Assembly: GCA_043228905.1 (NCBI GenBank)
Contig: JBHGNT010000016.1
Location: 16,616,001 to 16,680,000 of the forward strand
DNA length: 64,000 nucleotides
Direction of reading: 5' to 3'
From: Azolla caroliniana
Taxonomy: Eukaryota; Plantae; Polypodiophyta
The notes under the pieces are model-generated. The model saw only the letters and a program-made list of their open reading frames with translations. It was not told where the DNA came from and searched no databases. Made by a program: the position numbers and the translations under genes. Positions 26,701 to 39,256 of the stretch are shown piece after piece. The stretch's first letter is position 1; each line of letters opens with the position of its first letter.

Positions 26701-28173
26701 CCGAAGAGATAGTTGGCTACACCGATGCCGACTTGGCCAGCGATGCATCAGATCGCCGATCCACCTCCGGATATATGTTTTCCCTTGGTAGCGCGGCTGT
26801 TGTGTGGAGCGGCAAAAAGCAGCCAACAGTGGCCCTTTCGAGTACTGAGGCTGAATATCAGGGCGCTACCGTCGCCACCTGTGAAGCCATTTGGCTTCGG
26901 CGACTGCTGCAAGACGTACGGATCAAGGTACCGACCCCGATCCTGATCCACTATGACAATATGAGCAGCATGCAGCTCACCAAAAACCTTGTATTCCATG
27001 CTCGCACAAAGCACATAGAAGTGCACTACCACTTCGTGTGTGAGCGTGTCCTGAGCGGTGACGTCGAACTTCGGTATGTTCATATGGATTGGCAAGTTGC
27101 CGACATCTTCACCTAACCGCTCGGATCGGACAAGTTGCAGCACTTGACCGAAATGCTTGGTGTTCAGCATCTCGACGTGCCACACTTGAGGGGGAGAATG
27201 GGCAAAGACACCGGAACGGGCAAAGGCAAAGAGATTGTTGATTGCACTGGTAAGGGAAGAACCGTCAAGGGGAGAGACAAGAAGAAGAAAGGATTCGATT
27301 CAACAAAGGAAGTTGACACATCCGAACAAGTCGGAACAAGCGGTAGCAGTGGGAGAATCAAGAAGGACAAAGCTGACCGGAAGAAGAAGGCAAAGACCCG
27401 GACATGGTCCGATGTGGTGAAGGGCCTGAGACAGCCGATTCAGTTCAACAGAAGGATTCCTAAGAACCGGATCAATCCAAGGCCAAGAGGACGAGAAGGT
27501 AGCGAAAGTCGACACCAACACGAAGGAATCGGCGAACGGGTACGCGTCGAAGTCACAGCAGCGAGGGAGCTGAATTGGGCCTGTTGATCAGATGAGCCGA
27601 CCGAGAAGGTCGAGGTGCACAAAACCAGAGGGGTCGCGGCAAACGGGACCGGACCGGACGAGGCATGCGCGAGGCGGGGTGACTCTAGAAAGAGCCGGGT
27701 GGAAGGACCAGCTACCATGGAGACTAACACCACGATCCGACCTCAAGTTGAGCTTGAGGGGGAGTGTTGAGCGGCAAGCTCAACCGGATCCGGATCGGCA
27801 TCCGGAAGGATGAGCCAGTGAGCAAGCGAGCCGGTGAGCTGGGGAGCCAGTTAGTTGGATCCAGCAATAACCGGAAGCCTACTAATAGCTTAGATTACTA
27901 GGTAGTTAATAGTCTCGTAATTAGTGTCAAACACTCGTGTGAGCATTGAAGTATGTTGTACTTCTGTCAGTCCTCTTAAGACTTGTATAAATAGTGTTGT
28001 TGAGCACGTTTCATGTACAGAGAACTATTATTGATTTGTAATAGATTTAAAACCTTCTGCTCTCTCACTCTCTCTGTCTCTCCCGCGTACACTCTCTGTT
28101 AATCTCTCTCTCTCTCTCTGTTTCTATCTGGCAAGGCCGGTTTGTCTGATGCTTCCGCACATAAACTTTAACA
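23706..28173 (+). mobile_element. Ty1/copia with both LTRs (23706-24129, 27765-28173), internally deleted for protease and integrase core
   Basis: PBS TGGTATCAGAGC at 24130, gag at 24237 with CLYCGKKGH, junction near 25028, RT (QMDVKNAFL, LYGLKQAPRAW, YTDD), RNase H, PPT 27754-27764, TSD GAAGG/AAAGG. Confidence 0.93.
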
Positions 28174-29048
28174 AAAGGTTACATTTGTCGGATAACTTCA
28201 CTCTTCGTGAGTTATACCAAGTCTATAAGGATGACATGTTACTGGAAGGTGTAGCTTATATACAATATAGGCATTTCAATCGTTTATGGAGATCGAAGTT
28301 TAACAATGTGGTCATACCCCGCAAGGTCTGGATGGGTGTTTCTTTGATCTGCGCAAGTTTAAAAAGCTTGGCAAAGAGTGGGACAAGAGATGAAGAAATA
28401 ACAAAATATAAGACTTTATTGAGAGACCATCGAGAAAGCCAAGCATTGGAAAGATCTAAAGCTATGTACCATCGTTAAGAAGTGATTCTATCACTAGAAA
28501 AATACATGTGCTTGATTATAGATGGGATGGATCAGAAGAAAACTTGTTTCCCACATTTTTGAAGATTGCCCAAGGATATTGGAGATGAATGCCTAGTGCA
28601 GATGCAATTAGTAGGATGTCTTTTGTATTTTCAGACAATAAGGCCTCAAGTGTTCTTAACATATCCAAATATCCACAACGACCCTAATCTTATAGTTACA
28701 GTCATGCAAAGAGTTATGCAAAATTGGCAAGGTTTACTTCCACCAGTACTATACGTGCAACTTCACAACACGGCGAGAGAAAGCAAGAACTCAACTATGT
28801 TTGGTTACCTAAGCATGTTAGTAGACATGAGTATTTTCAAAAAGATTAAGGTCAACTTCTTGCTAGTTGGTAATACACATGATCACATAGAACAAATGTT
28901 TAGTAGGTTCTCCAAGAAATTAGCGAGGTGCGATGCTTTCACACTTCCTATGCTATCAAGGTTGATTACTAAAGCTTATACCCCCAAGCCAGATGTGCAA
29001 CATTTAGATGAAGTATATGATTTCAAGCGCTTCTATTTGGATGGTGAT

Positions 29049-30474
29049 TGTCAAGAGAGAGAGAGAGAGATAATTCAAAGGGAATTATTATATTGAAGAG
29101 TAAAATGGATTACAAAGAGTAGGCAATAGAGTGCTACAAAATAGTGTTGAAACCATTTAGGTTTGGGATAAGTGGTAGATCCCTATTTATAAGTAATAGA
29201 GAATACTCTAGAATATTCTAAGTTCTCCTAGAATGTAGAGTAATCTAGAAGATTTCTAGAGTATTCTAAAAGGTTCTAGTGTATACAACACTCTAGAATA
29301 TTCTAGGTTATTCTAGAATGTAGAGTAATATAGAATATTCCTATGATATTAGATTTCATATTCTAAAAACTACATATAAGAATGTTAATACAATGGTTAA
29401 AAATTTGACATGTGTACAACAAGGTCATGGGTTCAAATCCTTTTGAGGCATAATGTGAGTCTCATGATCCTTTAGATGCATGATGTGAGTGTCATCATGA
29501 CACTATCCCCTTTCTTCGACGACACGTCGCACAAGTCGTAGGGTTTGTATTAGGACCTTTTTTACGAGGATATTGCTGATGAAATGCAGTGACAAGTTCC
29601 GCAGCATTGGAAAGATTTGCAGCAGGTTCCCAAGTTTGATCATTGCGGGTATAGCCTAGCTAATCGACTAAGTAATATAGCTTGTTGCGCACGATTTTAT
29701 AGTCGAGAATGGCATCAACTTCAAATTCGGCTCCATCCAAGAACTCGACAGGTTGTGGGGGTGTCGTAAAACGGCCTGGAATTGAACTTGTAGTATAAGG
29801 TTCCAAAAGGGATAATTGAAACACCGGATGAAGATGCATGTGCGGAGGGAGACCAATACGAAATGCAACATCAAGTATCTTACCAGTGATGATGTAAGGG
29901 CCAAAACGTTGGTAATCCAATTTACTGCAAGATCGAGTGGTCTTGATGTTGTGTTGGAGAAGCCATACATGATCCCCAACGTAGAACTTTTCTGAGCAGT
30001 CTAGACGATGACGATTGGCAAGCCTCTTGTGTGTAACTTGAGCATCGTGTAAATTGTGGAGAATGGTTGTGTGAATTTTTTGGAGGCGACTAAGATGATC
30101 CTCGGCAGTAGGGTTCGTAGGAATGTCTGGATGTGCATTCATCGTCCACCGAGGATGACAACCCGTATTTGCGAAAAATGGGGAATATACTATAGAAGAA
30201 TGGGCTAAGTTATTGTAAGCAAATTCCTCCAAGTGCAAAAAATCAACCCAATCATCTTGTTGATGGTTGATGAAACAACGAAGATATTGCTCCAACGTTT
30301 GGTTGGTACGCTGAGTTTGGCGATTTGTTTCGATATGATAGCCCGAAGAAAGCTTAATCGAAATGTGGAGAAGTTTGAACATGTGCTTCATAAACTTTGA
30401 GACGAATTTTGTAGCACTTTGTTGCCTACTCTTTGTAATCCATTTTACTCTTCAATATAATAATTCCCTTTCAA

Positions 30475-30510
<36 letters not shown>

Positions 30511-30875
30511 TGATAGTTTGAACCAATTTAGGTTTGGGATGAGTGGTAGATCCCTATTTATAAGTAATAGAGAATACTCTAGAATATTCTAGGTTATCCT
30601 AGAATGTAGAGTAATCTAGAAGATCTCTAGAGTATTCTGGAAGGTTCTAGTGTATAGAACACTCTAGAATATTCTAGGTCATTCTAGAATGTAGAGTAAT
30701 ATAGAATATTCCTATGATATTAAATTTCATATTCTAAAAACTATACATATAAGAATGTTAATACAATGGTTAAAGATTTGACATGTGTACAAGAAGGTCG
30801 TGGGTTCAAATCCTTTTGAGGCATAATATGAGTGTCGTGATCCTTTCAATGCATGATGTGAGTGTTATTATGACG
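29049..30875 (-). mobile_element. Internally deleted Tcn1-like chromovirus (second family): 3' LTR 29049-29502, integrase C-terminus plus chromodomain, rearranged 5' LTR
   Basis: TSD GTGAT on both sides, PPT right of 29502. ORF 30391-29660 has FGPY and FEVDAILDYKIVRNKLYYLVD, homologous to the end of 49433-47235. Confidence 0.9.
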
Positions 30876-32125
30876 GTGATAGGACTAGATGTAGGGTTCT
30901 TTCTCCTTATAACTTAATAATATAAGTTTTAACCACATCTTCCTCATCAAAAAAGGTGTGGTCAATCACAACCAGACCATGTTGTATGCCAAACAATACT
31001 CATCTAGTTCGTAATGGGAGCCACAAGACGGATGTAGGCTCTTATTGCATTTCCCATATGCAATAATCTATGGTGCCGAGGAAATGCCCTATGAAGACCA
31101 TAAAATGCATGTGCCACTTTCATCTCAACCATCTCCTTGGTCATCTAACTTTCTTTTATCATCCTTTCTTGTTCGATGCATGCCTTTCAAGGGCCTTATC
31201 GTAATACTATTGTTGAGTCCTCTTAGTGGTTCATTCTTCAGCTACATACTCACCTCTAGGTCCTTAAGTGAGCACATTTCATGCTTCTCACTTTTTCTAC
31301 GTTCGTGGTATACTCTTGTGTTGGACTTGACCATGACTTCCATGCTAGTATCATCCTTGTTAGATGTTGTGATTACATCTTTTGGATCCATTTGGCCCAC
31401 TTGGCCCTCATCTTCCCTTATCATGCTTCTCCTCGGCTCTTTGTTGCAAGCATCAACTTTTGTTCTTGTGCTTTGCTTGAGCTCTTTGTCGCACGCACCA
31501 TTTTTCGTCATTGTACTTCGTTTGGTCTCTTCATTGTACACTCTGGCTTCATCCTTTGCTTCCTTGGAGCCACCTTTCGTCTCTTGGGTCTCACGTTGGT
31601 TCCCAGACACAACTGCCTAAGTCTTTAGAACATCTATAAAGGAATTATTATCTTGATTATCGTTTTCCTCTGTCGTGTTGTCCATAGTCATCTCCTTGAC
31701 TATCTCTTTATCGCACACATCGGCTTTCGTCCTTCTACTTTGATTTACTTCCTTGTTGCACTCACTAGTTTCAACCCTTGCTTCCTCGACACCACCGTCC
31801 TTCTCTTGGGTCTTGCATTGGTTAATGCCAGGTCTCTCAAACGAGTGTGGAGGGATTTATACGATTTCCTAGTTTGTCATTCCCTTTGTTGTGGTACCCT
31901 TAGCCATTTCCACCTTATGGTTGTTCGCATTGGCTTTGATCTTTGCTTCCTCATCGCCAACTTTCGTCTCTTGGGACTTACATCAGTTAATGCCCAAATC
32001 TCAAGAACTTTTGTGGGGAAAGTCTCTTCATGATCGTCGTCTACCCTCTTCGGCTTGACGTCTCCTTCTTCTTTGCATGTGTTCGCTTCGGCCTTCACTT
32101 CTTCGCCACCACCTTCCGTCTCTTG

Positions 32126-33968
32126 GGTTTGACATTTGCTTTCCGACGCAACTGCCCAAGTCTCTGGACAAGTGTGGAGAAAGTCTCGACACAACCATCC
32201 GCCATTGACTCGTTCATAGCCACTTCTGACTCGGTGTCATTTTTCGTGGCTATCTCCTCAATCATGTCGGCCTCACACTTTTTATCTCCCTTGATCATGC
32301 AAGCTTTACTCATGCTCGCACCTTCATCACATGATGTTTCAGACACGATGCGTTTTTCGAAACATTTGTCCTCGCTTGAAGTGGCATTCGCCACCCTCGA
32401 TTCATTGGTTTCATTCTTCATCATTGTTTCTTTGCAAGATGAGAAGGTGTCTTGTTCCACATCTTCTCCGATGGTGCTGTCGTACCGAACTTGGGCCTTC
32501 GTATTGGCCGTATCATTACTCCACCTTTGTTGGGAGGTCTCCTATTCCTTGATAACCATTTTAATCAATTTTGGTTCCATTATAAGATTCCCTTTGGCGT
32601 CGACTTGCACCTTTAAATTCTCATATGCCTTGTTTATGAAGGCCTCTATGACAGGTCCCTCTGGATGGGAAGGGAGAAGAACAGTGCCGATGAACAAACT
32701 CGGCCTCGGCCGAAACCGTATGAGGAGTATCCGACTACGGAGAGCCGGATGATACAAACCCGGTGAAGACCGGATGAGGAGTACCCGGCTACGGAGAGCT
32801 GGATGATACAAACCCGGTGAAGACCGGATGAGGAGTACCCGGCTACGGAGAGCCAGATATACAGACCTGGTGAAGACCAGATGAGGAGTACCCGACTACG
32901 GAGAGCCGGATGATACAGACCCGGTGAAGACCGGATGAGGAGTACCCGGCTACGGAGAGCCGGATGGTGCAGACCCGGTATGAACCGGATGAAGAGACAT
33001 ATTCGTAAATATGTTTTCTGAGAGTTCATCGAGGCTATATTTGTAAATAGCCGAAAAGTCATATTAGTATAAATATGACTTAGGGCAAACTTTTAGTAGT
33101 TGTTGTCATTTTCTTGTTGGTGCAAGAAGAGAGAGCGTGTAACAGTGTACAGGTTGAGAGAGAGAGAGAACGAGGTCGTTGCCTCTGTTGTAACCGCCTC
33201 CTGTGGCGAAGATCGTGAGCACGAGGTCATGCCTCCGTGAACTCACTGTTTGTACATTCCAATATAGTGATAGTTTGCAGCCTGTGGGCTGCCGTGGTTT
33301 TTCCCTCAGTTTGGGTTTTCCATATAAACATCTTGTCTACTTTTTCTCTCCTTTGTGTCATGCATTTGTTTCCCGTTTTCTGTGTATGAAAAGAATCTCG
33401 GTTGTGGCCGAGCGTTGGACATAAGGAGCCTTGAGTTCCGTCAGGTTTGACGTTTGCTTTCTGACGCAACTGCCCAAGTCTCTGGACAAGTGTGGAGAAA
33501 GTCTCGACACAACCATCCGCCATTGACTCGTTCATAGCCACTTCTGACTCGGTGTCATTTTTCGTGGCTATCTCCTCAATCATGTCGGCCTCACACTTTT
33601 TATCTCCCTTGATCATGCAAGCTTTACTCATGCTCGCACCTTCATCACATGATGTTTCAGACACGATGCGTTTTCCGAAACATTTGTCCTCGCTTGAAGT
33701 GGCATTCACCACCCTCGATTCATTGGTTTCATTCTTCATCATTGTTTCTTTGCAAGATGAGAAGGTGTCTTGTTCCACATCTTCTCCGATGGTGCTGTCG
33801 TACCAAACTTGGGCCTTTGTATTGGCCGTATCATTACTCCACCTTTGTTGGGAGGTTTCCTATTCCTTGATAACCATTTTAATCAATTTTGGTTCCATTA
33901 TAAGATTCCCTTTGGCGTCGACTTGCACCTTTAAACTCTCATATGCCATGTTTACGAAGGTCTCTATG
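32126..33968. repeat. 525-bp direct repeat (32126-32650, 33444-33968) flanking an LTR
   Basis: Near-identical copies at offset 1318. Confidence 0.93.
32651..33443 (+). mobile_element. Lone copia LTR lacking its first ~9 nt, with a 60-bp tandem array at ~32715-32995
   Basis: Homologous to the LTR at 62611-63382 from ACAGGTCCCT to GTTCCGTCA. Confidence 0.88.
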
Positions 33969-35750
33969 TCGAGTACCTCCTCAAGCTCTCTTCTTTAGGT
34001 GGTAGTTTGTGGTTGCTTCCTGTCCTCCTTTCACCATCCGTCGTGGATTGTGTTGTTGCCAATGAGAATCCTGTCTTCCTCTCATCGTGTAGTCGACATT
34101 CTCTTTCCACTTTCGTCCAATCCTCGGTGAGGCCATTTGCACCATCACCATCCTCAAGTCGGATTCCAATGGCCTTCCTTTCCGTCCGATCGATTGACTT
34201 CACAAACATTAGGACTTTTTCCACCCCCGCCAATCTTTGATCTTGCTCCGAGAGTTGTGCAAAGCGACACTTGAACTCAACGAAAGCATGCATGACATTT
34301 TGGTGGGTCTTTAATGATGATACCCATTGGTCGAACTCATATAGGTTGCATCTCTTCAACTCTTTGTATCTATATGCCTTCATGAGATATCCTCCGACCA
34401 CCTCGTTTTACGTCGGGTTAACCAAAGATGTCGCGAAAATACGACGAAGATACGTGAACTCGAGGCAGGACCCCGGGGCCTCCGACCAGAGGATACCAGA
34501 TTTGTATGTTTATGTTTTAAGAATTAATCGAAATGACAAAGTTTGATAATTTTCATTAGCAAAGAAAAAGAAAGTTACAATCTATCCCGAAATTGGGATT
34601 CCAAAAGTTTTAGCTCACGAAGATTAATAGAGTAATAGATTAGCAGAATAACGGAGATATGGTTTGGATAAGAAAATTAGGATTAGGGTTTCCTCAAGAA
34701 ATAGCTTCCGTAAGGAAATTAGGGTTTTTCCCAAAAGATGGCTTCCGTAAGGAAAATTATGGTTATTCCCCAAAAAAAATGCTTCGATCCCCTAAGGACT
34801 ATTTGGCTCAATGGATCATTGAGGTAGCTTTTCTCCTTGCTTCTCACAATTGCATGGTGGAACTCCAGTTTCCATCTTCAGTTCAATTGCATACATCCAC
34901 ATGATCTTTACTTTACATAAAGTTTGACTTTAGTTGCATGTGTTCACATAACCTTTGCTTTACTTTACTTTACTTTACTTTAGTTTGCCACATGATCCGT
35001 CCGGTTGCATCCGGCCCGACCCATCCGCTCCAGTTCCAGTTCTGTCCGGTCCAGTTCCGTCGTCATCCTTTAGTCCAGCCCAATTCCGTCGCCATCCGTC
35101 AGTCTGGTCCAGTTTCGGTTCTTTCCGGCCCGGTTCTAGTTCTGGTTCAGTCGTCGTCCATCAACCCGGTCCAGTTCTGTACAGCCCAGTTCGGTCGCCC
35201 TCCGGTTCTGGTTCTATCCAATCCGGTTCTGTCACCGTCCTTCAGTCCAACCCGGTTCGATGGCCATCGGGTCCGATCTGGTTCTGTCTTCGTTCAGTCA
35301 CCATCTGGTTTCGGTTCCATCGCCGATTCCGGCAACTTAGCCACATCCATCTATCAAGACAAAGTGGCCCAAGTTCAACCATTCCTTTTGTGCTCTCAAC
35401 ACATAGATAAAAACTAATGGTTTTCAATCTGTTTATATAGCTGGATCCTAAAGTTTCCTATCTATGTGGGATATCTCACAATTTTGTTTTCCTCTTCTTC
35501 TCAAACTTCACACACAGCTAACTTGATACTTGTTTGTCTATTTCATGTGTAGTAAAATGCGTTATGAAGCTCTTGAAGACATTTATCTTTCAATAACAAA
35601 CCATGTAATCTTCAATAATTATTTTACTAGTTTTCATATCGTGTGTGAAGATCCACATGACAACGTTCTTTTTGCTTCGTCTTCTGAAGGCACTCTTGTT
35701 AACTGACGCCATAGATTTTGGAACCGTAAGTTGAATTCAGTGACAAACTC

Positions 35751-36869
35751 CTATTGCAGTTGCAGAATAGTGTAAACATCGCCAATAATCTCACATTGCG
35801 GAATGCTTCGGTGGAAGAAGCGGAGAAACGTTGAGCTTAGTTCGTCGACGCAGGCCAAAGTTATGAGATCGATCTGGGAATGCCAATGGGTGGCGCGTCC
35901 GTCGAGGGTGAGGCCAAACTCCGCGATTTTGGATGCATGGGCTTTAGCTTCTGGCAGCCGTTGTGACAGATGGTTTGCGTTCCACACATTTAGAAACGAT
36001 TGTATGTGGCCTTCGGCGTCGGTGTCTCCGCTGAAGCGGGGGTATGAAAAAGCCATTGTCATAGACTGACTAGTGTTGAGGTAAATATTGTCGGCACGAT
36101 GTGGGGAGGTTTGTGATGTGGTGGTGGTTTCACTATACTGGTGAAGTGGGGATAGGATGTCTTGCTGGGTACCGCTTTGCTCGGTGAGCGTCGACTCAAG
36201 TGTATTTTCCGAGAACGTCGGATGTAGTCGTTGAGGCATCGTTTTTGCACAGTGTGTTCCTCCACCTTGCGGGTTATGGATCTAGTCTACAGTCTATCCT
36301 AAGGGATTGGTTCACTAATGCGTCATCGACTAAGCATCCATTCTTTGATTATCGGCTGTGAGAATCACAGATCACCAGGCGTGCCAAAAGTGTTACCGGC
36401 TAGGGTAAACATGGCCTACCATGAGTTCTTCGGGGTACGCCTCAAGAAGATTGCAGTGTAGAGAATGGAGGGTGTATACAGCCTATCACGGATAATTGTG
36501 AATGTATTACGTCACGTGGCGTAAGAGAGGTGAGAAGCGGTATTCGGGAGACGGCTACAACCGAGCTCCTTCACACAATACGTCACTTTTACACAAACAC
36601 GCTTAAGCAATTACCACACATAGGGGATACGTAAAAGAAGAGTACAGACACAATAATTCGGAAACAACACAACTATATTTCAGAGATTACCAAAAAAACT
36701 ACGCTAGTTCTTACAAGTTTCCCATGTCCTTTATATACAGGTTCATGGATGGTTACGCTTGGTGCGTGAACCGTTATAGACATTTACATTGCAAACTGCT
36801 TACTCATTATTATGCTACACCTACCCTTCTTTTCTCCTTTCCCTACTAGGCTGACCTTGGCAGACAACA
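35751..36869 (-). mobile_element. 5' fragment of a gypsy element: LTR 36391-36869, PBS, gag start
   Basis: PBS TGGCACGCCTGGTGA at 36386-36372. Gag FSYPRFSG..HIQSFLNVWNAN is homologous to ORF 55544-55786. Confidence 0.8.
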
Positions 36870-37457
36870 TCGAATGGGACATTGCCAATGTGCCAAATTG
36901 GATGTGTAGTGTCTTCTTTGGTTTCGACATAGCCGGATCGATCCAGATCTTGAAGGTTTCAGAACCATTCTTGATGATATGTCATATGGTTCGAAGCATC
37001 CGAGTCGACGAAACATACATCTTCCAGACTGGAGGTACTAGTTGAAGTAAAAGCCGACATAAAATTTTCTCTATGTCTCATTACGAACATTCTGCCATGG
37101 TCGTCATAGTCGGAGTTGGTGAGTTGTCGGCTTGCTTCTTCTTCGACACTCTTCTTCATGGTCGCTAATATTGCCACAATAGTTACAGCTAAGTGGCATT
37201 GTTTGTCGAACTTGTTTGGCATGGAAGCTCCCCTTTCTTTTGAAGGTTCCTTGATGGCTTCCCTCTTGTTGGCTGAATCTACCTCGTCTTGCTCAGTCGC
37301 GTCCTCTTCCTCCGTCCGAATGTGTGTAGAGCATGTTGCCTTCCGAGGCATTTCTCTTCGTTCAAACATGATTTTCTTCAACCAATAGCTTTGATTGAAG
37401 ATCGACGGAGGGAGGATTCTCCCTTGCTAGAACGACGGTCCTCATTGTGCTGAACTA
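36870..37457 (-). mobile_element. Copia gag/protease fragment
   Basis: CFVDSDASNHMTYHQEWF protease-like motif, followed by DTTHPIWHIGNVPF. Confidence 0.75.
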
Positions 37458-39256
37458 TGAAAGTTAATATGCGGAAGCTTGAGACAAAACCGGCTCTACT
37501 GGGTAGCAACAGAATATTGAGAAGAAAGGTTTATAGGTTTAATGGAGGCCTTACACGGGAGAGACAGAAAGAGCAGAAAGCATAAAACTAATTCAAGATA
37601 ACAACTCTTTGTACATAGAATGTGCTCAGAGAGGAATTTTATACAAGTCCATAAAAGACTGACATGTACTTCAATGCTCATACAAGCGACTCACACCGAC
37701 TCCCAAAAATATTCCTACGTACTAGGCTAGATCCGTAGGCCTCTAACGGACTACTGGTTTCAATCCGATCCAGCTCCTGGTTCTGGATACCGATCCGGCT
37801 CTGCCTTATTTAACCGATCTGGATCCGGTTGAGCTTGATTGCTCAACACTCTCCCTCAAGCTCAACTTGAGGTCGGATCGTGGTGTTAGTATCTATGGTA
37901 GCCAGTTCTTCCGTCTGATTCCTTTTGGCATCCTCCCGCCTCGCTCCTCGACCTTCTTGGTCGACATGTCTGCTCAACAGGCCCTTCTCAGCTTTCTTGT
38001 TGTTGTGACTCTAGCGCTTGTCGACCCTCCTATTCCTCCATGTTGGCATCAACTTCCGTTGCCTTCTCGTTTGCTTGGCCTTTAGTTGATCTGAATCATC
38101 CGAATCAAAGTGTTGAACCGAATCAGATGCCTCCGATTCGTTCTAGATCTTGTCCAAGTTGGTCGTCTCCAACTCGTCTTCCATTTTTAGGCCTTTAACA
38201 ACATCGGACCATGACCGAGTCTTGGCCTTCTCCATCCGATCAGCTCTATCCTTTTTGACTCTACTGCCCCCACCACTTGTTTCGACTTGTTCGGATATGT
38301 CGACTCTTCCAGTAGACTCGGCTTCCTTTTTCTTCTTATCTCCCCCTGTTTTGGTTCGTTCCTCTTTCTCTCCGGATCCTTTTCAAATGCCATTGCTTGT
38401 TTCCATTCCCGTTCTCCCCATCATGTGCAGCATGTCGAGTTGCTAAATCTCAAGCATCTCCGAAAAGTGCTGCAACTTTTCTGATTCGAGCGGCTTGGTA
38501 AAGATGTCATCAACCTGCCGATCCGTGTGAACATACCGAAGTTCAACTTCACCACTCAGGACCCACTCATGGGCAAAGTGATAATGTAGTTCTATGTGCT
38601 TTGTCAGAGCATGGAATACAGGGTTCTTAGCGAGTTGTATGTTGCTTACATTGTCGCAATAGATCAAGATCAGGGTCGGCACCTCGATCCGAAGGTCTCA
38701 CAGCAGTCGCCAAAGATAGACGGCTTCATAGGTGGCAATGGTAGCGCCCCGGTATTCAGCCTCAGTGCTCGAAAGAGCCATTATTGGCTTCTTTTTGCTG
38801 CTCCATGCAATAGCCGCGTTACCAAGAGAGAACATATAATTGGACGTGGATCAACGATCTGATGCATCACCGGCCTTGTCGGCATCCATTTATCCGACTA
38901 GCGTTTCAGCTATACCATTCCCGTAAAATAACCCCTTATCTTTAGTGTTGGTAACGTATCGGACCGTCCAAACTTTTCTGGATCAACAACGAAGAGTCGT
39001 ACTTTGAGCACACAAACCCCATCTTACGCAACCGCTATGTGATTTTCACATTCAAGCTCAAGGGGCTTACTTCAGGCCGTAAAGCAACTTTTTGAGTTGG
39101 CACACTATCGACTTGTTCATCTCCGATTGAAAACCGGGGGGTTGGATCATATAGACCTGTTTTTCAAGATCACCTTGATGAAACGTATTCTTCACATCCA
39201 TCTGATGAAGATGCCACCTCCTTGCCGCAACAACCGCCAGCACCACACAAACCATC
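37458..39256 (-). mobile_element. 3' part of a copia: RT and RNase H remnants, PPT, 3' LTR 37458-37848
   Basis: HQMDVKN, LYGLK, IYCDN..NPVFHALTKHIELHYHF; TTGAGGGAGAG followed by TGTTGAG. Confidence 0.85.

Larger units (their letters stand above)
23630..31110 (+). pseudogene. Sola-like DDD transposase relic in three pieces (23630-23705, 28174-29048, 30876-~31110)
   Basis: WMEIYFSKQCDVIPTTRR|LHLSDN rejoins across the copia insertion. Motifs IIDGMDQKK..P, LYVQL(H)N.ARESKN and FLLVG(N)THDHI(E)QMFS are decayed versions of DGMDQ / QLDN..RENKN / GHTHEDIDQ. Superfamily assignment is from motif recall. Confidence 0.7.
31140..35403 (-). mobile_element. Truncated LTR-element remnant: probable LTR ~34503-35403, gag-like ORF 34401-33964, long charged low-complexity frames
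   Basis: PBS-like TGGTATCC at 34498, gag-like FVEFKCRFAQLSE..LMFVKSID, repeated TQET.GG.EE peptides. No pol visible and boundaries are uncertain. Confidence 0.5.

Noticed and set aside
34938-35417. Pro/Ser/Val-rich ORFs
   Set aside because: They derive from CCGGT/CCAGT-rich low-complexity sequence within a probable LTR.
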